Shown piece after piece: positions 55,636-64,000 of a stretch of 64,000 nucleotides of DNA. The position numbers and the translations under genes are program-made. The notes under the pieces were generated by a model that saw only the letters and a list, made by a program, of their open reading frames with translations, did not search any database and had not been told where the DNA came from. Within the stretch, counting starts at the first letter, position 1. Each line of letters opens with the position of its first letter. This DNA comes from Saprolegnia diclina VS20 (Eukaryota). The stretch is from assembly GCF_000281045.1 (NCBI RefSeq), contig NW_008246084.1, forward strand, positions 405,769 to 469,768, in the 5' to 3' direction.

Positions 55636-57093
55636 TTAGCTCGTTAGGTCGCACGCGGTGAAGAGCACGCAGCTGAGCTTTGCAATGTCGGCCATGAGCG
55701 ACGCGACCGTGCCGTTCGTACCAGCGCCCGCGCCCTTGAGCACAATTGCCTCAGGGAACCACTCGGTCGTCACGGCAAACAAGCTCTCGGTCCCTAAACA
55801 CCCATGAGCTTGCCGACGTAACAACTGGTCCGTCCGACATTGCAAGCGGTGAAAGCTCGACCGGCGATCGTAGAGCTCGAGCCCGACGTGGATGGTGCCG
55901 GCCGCATCCAGGCGCCCCGTGTACATGAGGACGCTATTTGCCGCTCTCGAGTCGTTGAGCTGCGCTTCGAAGGCTACCTTATACATTAGACCGCGCCAAG
56001 ACTAAGGACATTCAAGTATGTCCTGGGTACGACAGATACCCGCGTCGAGCTGTGGCAAGCCAGCAAAGAACGCTGAGAGCGATAGGTTTTGCATGCTGGG
56101 TGGCGTCAAATCTTGGACAAACACCGACGCCATGTTGGTCGTGTGGCCAAGCTCGCGCGCGAGGATGAGCATCTTGCGTGCTGCGACGCGGCCCTATGCG
56201 CGGTGAGCGTTCACAACAAGCAAAGCAAGTCGCACCGAGAGGTCGTCGCGCGGGTCGGCTTCCGTGAGCCCATTTTCATAAGCCGACACCACGGCCTCGC
56301 TGAACGGGCTTCCGCTACGCCATTGCGTACCGTGAGTACGCTGTAGAGTGTGGGCGATGACGTACCGGTGCAACGCGTCCATGATGAAGGCGATGGCGTC
56401 GCTGAAGCGACACTCGACGCCGTGGATGTCGTCACCGGTCGCCTTGACACGGTTGAGCGTCGGGAGGATTGGGATTCCGCTCCCAACTGTAGCTTCGTAC
56501 GACACCAGACGACTGCGCTTTGGCGGACGGTCAAAGACGAGACGCGCGTACGTCTCGTTGTAGGCGCCGGCCAAGTGGTGTCGATTGGCAAGGACAAGGC
56601 CAAAGCCCGCCTTCCGCGCCAAGACGAGGTCTTTCCAGTGGCTGCCGTGTCCAGCGCAGTCGACGACAATGTATCGATCGCAAGCGCCAAAGGCAAGCAT
56701 CGTCATGACGACGTCGCTCAAGCTGGTTGCGTGGCCAACGTCGCTGGTCTCGTCGTCGTCTTCGAGCGACGCCGCCTCAAAGCCGTTGGTCGATAACGTC
56801 TGCGCCTGGCTCCATGAAAAGCCCGTTGGCTGCTGGAGAAAGCCGCCCGTCTTGGAGTCGCCGACGGCCACGACGTAGAGATAGCCGCCGCAAAAGTCGA
56901 TGCGCCGGTCGGCTTCGTGCGCTGCGATCGCCGCCACGAGGCTGCGAGGTACGACGCCATGGCCGACGATCACGAGCCCGACCTTTCGTGCGTCACAGAG
57001 CGTTTGGCCTGGGTGCGGGTGCTGGGCGTAGAGGTGCATCTGAAGCCACAAGGCCGTCAGAGTGACCACGACCGCCGCCGGCCACCACGCCAT
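55636..57093 (-). CDS. Homoserine dehydrogenase homologue with hydrophobic N-terminus and degenerate catalytic motifs, multi-exon
   Basis: VVAVGDS, IVVDCA, LVLANR, YEATVGSGIPILPTL, TGDDI, PFSEAV..A...GLTEADPRDDLS|GRVAARKMLILARELG, IVLKGAGAG...T....ADI. Confidence 0.85.
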
Positions 57094-58282
57094 GTCAAAG
57101 ATTTGTGTTGGTGGATCTATCCGCATATAAGCTCCTGCATCCGGATGATATGATTCCCTCGTGTCCTAGACGCATCTTGAGCCTCGACGGGCACCGCCAT
57201 GGTGTGCTTGTAGTATCTACCAGCAGTGCGAGGACCATAGAACAACACATTGAAGGAGTGAGGGACCGCAGGATGTTCCGAGCGGGGCGAAGACTAGTGG
57301 TATAGATCAAGACGGCAGCAGAGTTCTGTTTCAGCAAGAGCGTCCACGCAGACCCCTCGAGGCTAGTGACAGAACCGTATGCGCGGTGCTAGTACCCAAC
57401 GGAGCATACTAACTAATCTTGCAACACTGTTGTGCTTCTACGCACGTCGCGACATTCCACATGAGAATGATTTTGCGTTGGCAGCACTTACGGTAGGCTG
57501 CATCACAGCGCCCGTTTGACTCTACGCTCCGTGTCCTTCCGTATCGTACCAGCCTTGTTTCCCTCACGGAACTAGGACCACGACGGCCTGTGTGGCCGAC
57601 CCCTACGCTTGGCGAGCCTCGCGACCGATTGATTTGCTGCACGGCCAAATCTTGGCAAGTTCTGCAACCCATTCACGTTTTTGTAAGGTTGGAGACAAAG
57701 GTGGCTTAGCCAGTATCTGCCTGGCTTCAAGCGAGGCTTACGGGGCGTGTCGAGCGCCCCCCCGCGAGCCACCTGCTACAATTGCATATCACGGTCACGG
57801 TCGGTACATCACGGTCTCCGTGCCTGCTACGTTAATTGGGTCGTCTATTATGCCTGCTACGTAGTACTAGCGAATCTAGCGTCTAACGTGTTTGCCGTTG
57901 CACACTGTTGTCGAATCGTCGTCCGACAAGAGTGGGACCAAGAGCTCCACGTCGACATCCTTGGCCAAGATCTTCTTCCTTCTTCCTCTTCTCGTGGCCA
58001 ACGATATGGGCAGCGTCCATGCCATAAGAACGCAGCGCTCGGCCAGCGCTTCGAAAATGCAGCTTTGCCATCGACGTCGACGCGACGCGGCGCGCGGATT
58101 GGCCCTCGTCCCGCAACCCTTCGGGCTTAGTATTCGAGGTCTGATAGCTCAATTTTAATACGTAGGCATATAAACACCAAACTATTTTTAAAGAAAGATT
58201 TTATTCGAGAATGGCGCGCGCTGATTGGTCCACAGTGGCATTTGATGCAGCAGGTCCATTCGCACACGGACGAGCCAGGACG

Positions 58283-60195
58283 ATGATGCGGACGGCGCTG
58301 GCCCTGCAGCGCATGCGGAGGGTGCTGCGGACGACCATGACCCCGCGCCGCGCCAAGGACTTCATTCCGGCGGCCATGACGTGGCGCCGCAGCGTGCTTT
58401 CCATTGCGCTCTATCTATCGCTTGCGTTCTACGCCAGCGGCGCGAGCGACGGTGCCCACGGCCGCCAGCTTTTGCAGCGCTTGGATCAGTCGTGCGACGT
58501 CGACGACGAGTGCCAGGCGCTAGGCCATCGCTTTGGCTGTGTCGAACATGCCTGTGTCGAGCAAGGCCTCTTCCCGCTGCAGGCTACCGACATCTATGGC
58601 ACAATTGGCGCCTTCCTCTGCGTCATCGTCTCGTCCGGTAGGTCATCGTGGCCTCTCGTTGCCATTATAGAGCCGTGCACTAGGCGGCGGGCTTGGCGGC
58701 GGCGGTCTCCTCGTGCCACTCTACATCATCGTCCTGGGGATGACGTCCCACGACGCGATTCCGCTCTCCAAGGCCACAATATTTGGCAGCGCGATTGCGA
58801 GCATGTTGTTGAACTCACGCAAGACGCACCCGCTCGACCCCGACCGGTACAGATGCGTTTGTCGATACAAGCGTCGTATGTTGCTGCGTTAGACAACTCA
58901 TCGACTACGAAGTCGTCGTGATGATGGAGCCCATGACCCTCGCGGGCACGATCATCGGCGTGCATATGAACAAAATGTGTCCCGAGTGGCTCATCACGGT
59001 CCTCCTCGTATGGCTTCTCTCCAGCACGAGTCTGCGCATGATCACGAAAGGCAAGTCCGTTTGGAGGGCGGAAGCTGCCAAAGAGAAGGCGCTTCTGGCA
59101 TCGGTCGTTGCTCATTGGCAGTCGTTGGTCGCAGCGCGCCGCTTTGGCGCCGCCGTCGTTGTCGCTGCTCGCAAATGGCGTGCGCTCAAGGCACTCAAGG
59201 CGCTCGAAGCTGAGGCCACAGCTGTTGCCTTGTCGATCAAAGACCACTCGATCACAATCAACCTCCAGGAAGCCGACGAGGCAACCACGGCCTCGTCCGA
59301 CGACGACGACACGATCAACGACGCGTACGATGACGACCACGCGTCACTCCTCGGACGCGCAACGACGACCAAGAAAGCCCATCTCTCGCTCTCGAGCTTA
59401 CTCGCTTTTCGGAAGTTTGTGCCGTGGGGCGACCTCACGATCCTCTTCTTCGCATGGTTTGGTCTTCTCCTCTTCTCGATGCTCAAGGGCGGTCATGGCG
59501 CGCCCAGCGTCATTGGTCTCGATTGCGGCAGGTAATCTCGGTCAGAATCGGAGATGTCATGATGACATGTCCATCGTAGCGCCGCGTACTGGCTGCTCAC
59601 GACGCTCTCCCTGCCATTCTTTGTCGGCGTCACGGCCATCTTTGGCCTCAAGATCGCCGCACGCCACGAAGCGCTGCAGGCGTTTGGCTACAAGTACGTC
59701 GAAGGCGACATTGTGTGGACGAAGCGGACCACCGTGCTGTACCCGGCGCTGTGCACCGTCGCAGGCGTCGCCGCCGGGCTCCTCGGCATCGGCGGCGGCA
59801 TGGTCAAGGGACCGCTCTTGCTCGAAATTGGGCTGCACCCGCAAGTCGCGTCGGCCTCGTCGTCGACCATGATTCTCTTTACATCGTCGGCCACGACGCT
59901 GCAGGTACCGATCGTATCCGCGTTCAGACACATAGAAGCGTGTATGCAATAGTTTATCGTGCTCGGGATGCTGCCGATCGAGCGTGCGCTCTGGTATGGC
60001 GTCGTCGGCTTTGCTGGCGGCGTTGTGGGCCAACTCGGGCTGAGCTACCTCATCAAGAAGTACCGCAAGACGGCCTTTGTCCTCTTTATGGTCGCCGCTG
60101 TGATCGCCGTGAGTGGCGCCGTCATGGGCGTCCTCGGTCTCCGCGGCGTGGTTGTGCATGGCTTTGGCGGGTTCCGGTCCCTCTGTCAAGCGTAA
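58283..60195 (+). CDS. TauE/SafE (sulfite exporter, TSUP) family membrane protein, multi-exon
   Basis: Spliced SSGGGLGGGGLLVPLY...AIPLSKATIFG...IDY..V.MMEPMTLAGTIIGV..NK..PEWLI...AGLLGIGGGMVKGPLLLEIGLHPQVASASSSTMILFTSS. The start codon is uncertain (58283, 58337 or 58376). Confidence 0.9.
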
Positions 60196-60292
60196 ACGCT
60201 GAAATCTTATACGACCCAATTTACGATAAGATCTGGGTTGATACTACGAGGTATGTTTAGTCTATGGGACATCCTGCGTCTGTACACGGCGG

Positions 60293-61780
60293 CTACGGAA
60301 AGAGGGCTTGGAGGTACCCGCCGTCGGGTCGCGGCACCTCGGCCGTCGACGCGTTGCCTTGCAGCCATGCCTACTTTGCACTGAGCCTCTCGATAGGATA
60401 CAGCCACGACCACAGCACCTCGATACTTGCTTCGATCGTGGCAAAGGTGTGGCTGGGCAAATATGCAATCGGTCCAATCGCTGGCACCACCCACAGATCC
60501 ACGTGGCGCGCGTCCAGCACGAGGCGACCGTCGCCAGTTGTCGGCAACCGCGCGAGCGTTGCGAGTATTCGCTGCTTGCGGAGACTGTGGTCGAGAAGGT
60601 CTACTCGCCCATGAGGATCCCGCAGCAGCATTCCATTGACCGTGGAGGAGCGCGTGTGCGACAAGGTGCGCGTCGACGGCGGCGTCGGCCTGCGTGTACA
60701 TCCATTTCATGAAGCCTGTTTCGACGAGGCGCTTTAGCGGGTCGTAGAAGACGCCGTTCTTGCGCAGCTGCGCGTCGGCCGTCTCGATCGCGTCGTCAAG
60801 AAGCCGGTGTCCGACCTTGAGCGCCGCGACCTTTTGCTGGAGAATGTCCATTTCGGCGAGGCGCTGGGCGCGATCTGCTGTCTCTCGCTCTTTGGCTTCC
60901 TGCGCTGCGACCGCCGCCTCGACGAGCTTGGCGACGCCGTCGGCTTCGACCCGCTTCTTGACGTGCAAGTCGCTCTACCCATTGTCGATTGAAATGCGCT
61001 GTGTGGGATGCGCGATGGGTACGAGGTAGAGAGAGATGTGGTGGAGCTCGGTTTCGCGCTCGACCTCGGCCCGCGCTTGCTGCAGCGTCTTGTTGACGAG
61101 GACATTGAGGAGCGGCTGGACCTCGGCGTCAAAGTTGAAGAGGCCGTCTTCTTCGAGAATCTGAACATGGTCGAGGTGAGGCAAATGGAGTCGATGAACG
61201 ACGGCACCTCGGTCGAGGTGTCGATGCCTGTCTTCTTGAGCGCAAACGGCTTCTTGTGCTTGTCGTTGCGGAGAAAGGCGTCGGTCTGCGTCTGCACGTC
61301 CAAGCTCTCGATCGTTGGCGTCTGCTCGACCAAGAAGGCGGTCAAGTCGACCGGAATGTCTACGCTGCGCGTGGGCGCGTGCAGGCGTGTTGTCATGAAC
61401 GTACAAGTGTTGAGGGATGTTGGTGGCTCGTAGATCGAGTTCTTCTTGACAGGCATGGTCGGCGTAGGGGCCATTGGCGCCGGCGGCGCTGCGTCACGCT
61501 TGAGATGGATCGAGTTCTGTGGGCAAAAAAGCATGGACGCATGAGTACTTCCAAGTACGCGACGAGCGAGTACGTACGGCAGCGGCGTACACGCTGCCAC
61601 GTGCGACGCGCGGGTCGTTCATGATGTTGAAGACCGTGCTACACAAGCCATACCGTATTGGCACGAGGTAGCATGGCAGCATGGTGGCATGTACTTGCTC
61701 GGCTTCTTCTCGCGGTACTTGGACCGCGTTGTCTGCACTGGCCGCGGCTTGGCGGCGAATGAGTACTGGACATCGTCCAT
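60293..61780 (-). CDS. Radial spoke protein 3 (RSP3/RSPH3)-family flagellar protein, multi-exon
   Basis: YSFAAKPR.V..RSKYR, NIMNDPRVARGSVYA, QTQTDAFL...F..KKTGIDTSTEI.E..LFNFDAEVQPLLNVLVNKTLQQA..EV..E.EL. Predicted stop TAG 60293-60295. Confidence 0.88.
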
Positions 61781-62285
61781 GGTCGTCGTCCTCCTCGTAG
61801 CAACCGGCTCGATGGGCGTGGTCGTCGCACCTCGCTGCCGACCTCGCCAAGCGCCGTTTCGATGAAACGCAGGTGGCACGGTATCCGGCTTTCCGGATAC
61901 GGATGGGAAAATCCACCGGCTTGGCGCCATCTCGACGCCATGCGCTTCACCTCACTTGCACGCTCTACGCGAGCTCGTTGCTGGCGGAGATCACAGAGAG
62001 GTACTAGGACCGCTTCTTGTAGAGGGTGCGCATGGCGATGGGCTTGGTCGCGCCGTCGTTAGCTCGCGGCTGGGCTGCCCTGCTCAATACTGTGACAACG
62101 CATACTCTCAAGATTAGATAAATAGAAAATTCGAAACCCAATATCTCAGAAAGGATTATATACCTCTAAGATTCAATATACCGCAGGTTGTTATGATCCT
62201 CGGCTTAGATTCGTGCCCATACTGGGTCCATGCTGTGGGATATTTGATGCTTCGAAAGACTTCAGTGTTCGAATCGCGAGCTACG

Positions 62286-64000
62286 ATGGTCGACGCAGCG
62301 AGACCGGCGACGAAGTCGGACGTCAACATCTGGGCGGCGACGGTCGCCAACGACTATGCAACCGTTGAGCGTCTCCTTCGCGATGGCGTCGCAGCGAACG
62401 AGCGCAACTCGCTCGGTGAGACCGCGCTGCACCTCGCGGGTACGGCCGGCCACGCCGTTCGACGCTCACTGCGATGACCGTAGCCTCGCGCGGGTACGAC
62501 GACCTCCTGAGCCTCTTGCTGCGCCACGGCGGTAGTCCGCATCTGCACGACAAGGTATGCCTGCGAGGCCATTGCTTCGATCGCCGCATCGTGCCGCATA
62601 GGAGTCGGGCTACACGCCATTGCATCGGAGCCTCCTCCACGACCACATCAACAGTACTGCGATGCCATCACGTTCGTAGCGTGTGTTTATGCTCTACGCT
62701 AGCCTCCTTGCTCTTGCTCAACGCCGGCGCGCACTTGACGGTCGAAGAAAGCAGCGCGGTCGTCGATCACGATGGCCTAGCGCCCATGGACCTCCTCTCG
62801 ACCAAGCTCAGCGCGACGTACCCGCATCAGTTGGCTTCTGCGCGGGGTGGTGAAATCTACACATTTGGCAAAGTCGACTTCCAGGTACCTCGTATGTGAC
62901 GCGCCGTCGTCGCATCACAGCGCGTCGTAGCTCGGGTACCACCTGCCGCACGGCGACGAGCAAGTGATGCCACGCCGGGTCAAGTTGCCACCGCAGACGG
63001 ACATTGTCCAGGTCGCCGCCGCGCGCTACCACACGCTGGTCGTCTCGTCGTCCGGCGACTGCTTCTCGTGGGGGTTTGGAAAAGGCGGTCGGCTCGGCAC
63101 CGGCACCGAGTTCAAGTAAGCTTCCAGTGTCATTCCACTGGATGTTACAGTGTCTTGGTAGCTGCATCCACCCAGTGCCCGTGCATTTTCCGCAGCGCGC
63201 CGTGCTCAAGGTGGCTGCCGGCGAAAACCACTCGCTCGCGCTCACCACCGGCGGCCAAGTCGACACTGCGACCACTACGTTCGTATGGCCTCATGCGAGC
63301 GTTGTGTAGCTCTTTTCGTGGGGCTCCAACAGCTTTGGCCAGGTAAATTGACAACTTGTCTGCATTCGTGACCGCTGCGTAGCTCGGGTTCCCGCTGAAA
63401 CTCACGTCGGCCGCGAGTCGGCTCTCGCCCAAGCGCATCGATGCCTTCAAAGGCGTCGTCGTCGTCGATATCGCCGCGTCGTCCGTCCACTCGGTCGCCC
63501 TCACCGAGTCGGGTCATGTGTTTACGTGGGGCAGCAACAAGAAAGGGCAGCTCGGCCGCAAGGTGCAAATCTGTGATGGGACGGTCGTATTGATACATTG
63601 ATAGGACGGGTTTGGGACCGATCAAGGCTTTTCGTCGCCCAAGCGCGTCGACGCGCTATTGCCCAATCATGCGCACTCGGCGGTGCTCGGCGACGTCACG
63701 CACGTTGCCGCCGTCAAGGTCCTACTACGTCGCGTCATGACGACAAGTTGTCTGAAGTTTGTGCGCAGGTGGCCGTGTCGTGCAACCACACGTGCGTCGT
63801 CCTCAACGTCGAGAAGGAAACGTCCGCGATTGTGCAAGGCCAAGTGTGGCAGTGGGGCTACAACGCCTACTTTCCGTCCCAAGTCTTGCTGCGGCACGTC
63901 GCCAAGGAGAGCCGGCTCCGGCAGCACCACCACAACCTCTGGGTCCCGCGCTGCCAGCAGCACGCGATCAGCATCGCCGACATCTCGTGCGCGGCGCAAC
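62286..64000 (+). CDS. Ankyrin + RCC1-repeat protein (IBTK-like architecture), 3'-partial, multi-exon
   Basis: NSLGETALHL, ESGYTPLHR, DHDGLAPMDL, then RCC1 repeats (IYTFG...QLG, HTLVV...CFSWGFGKGGRLG.G, AAGENHSLALT..G, FSWGSNSFGQLG, HSVALT..GHVFTWGSNKKGQLG). Runs off the window end. Confidence 0.88.

Noticed and set aside
57300..58200. Short ORFs in the gap between the HSD-like and TauE genes
   Set aside because: No motif, consistent splice chain or convincing codon bias, so a gene cannot be supported.
36262..60195. Bacterial-like genes (LtrA, DUF924, Pta-N, HSD, TauE) as a horizontally acquired island or contamination
   Set aside because: They are scattered among clearly eukaryotic genes, share host codon usage, and several contain spliceosomal introns. 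There is no operon structure or mobility gene.

Overview
Eukaryotic, gene-dense, GC3-rich genomic DNA with many very short GT-AG introns (mostly about 40-57 nt), so most real genes are split across several ORF-track entries. Intron size, gene density, flagellar genes and lineage-expanded LRR-like, ankyrin-like and TKL families suggest an oomycete, probably Saprolegniales (inference). I support 27 protein-coding genes and 3 pseudogenes. Recognisable genes include an ankyrin-RasGEF, a UBR1-type N-recognin E3 ligase, CFAP20-like, SS18/GIF-like, NAA38-like, p24, a P4-ATPase flippase, PLD3-like, SNM1A/PSO2, a receptor-like pseudokinase, LtrA-like, HSF, DUF924, ERD2, a stand-alone BioD-like/DRTGG Pta-N protein, an SMYD-like SET protein, TauE, RSP3 and an ankyrin-RCC1 protein. 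The most notable finding is invisible in the ORF track: a spliced minus-strand gene (9379-12089) joining an FHA domain, a CHAT/caspase-like domain lacking both catalytic residues, and a STAND (NB-ARC-like) P-loop NTPase with no C-terminal sensor. Other notable items are a DysF protein with one PDZ apparently nested in another, a homoserine dehydrogenase homologue with a hydrophobic N-terminus and substituted catalytic motifs, and a palindrome (CATCCGGAT[G/A]) recurring about 30-45 nt upstream of three unrelated genes. I recognised no rRNA, tRNA, CRISPR array or intact transposon. All domain calls come from reading motifs by eye, and exon structures are predictions.
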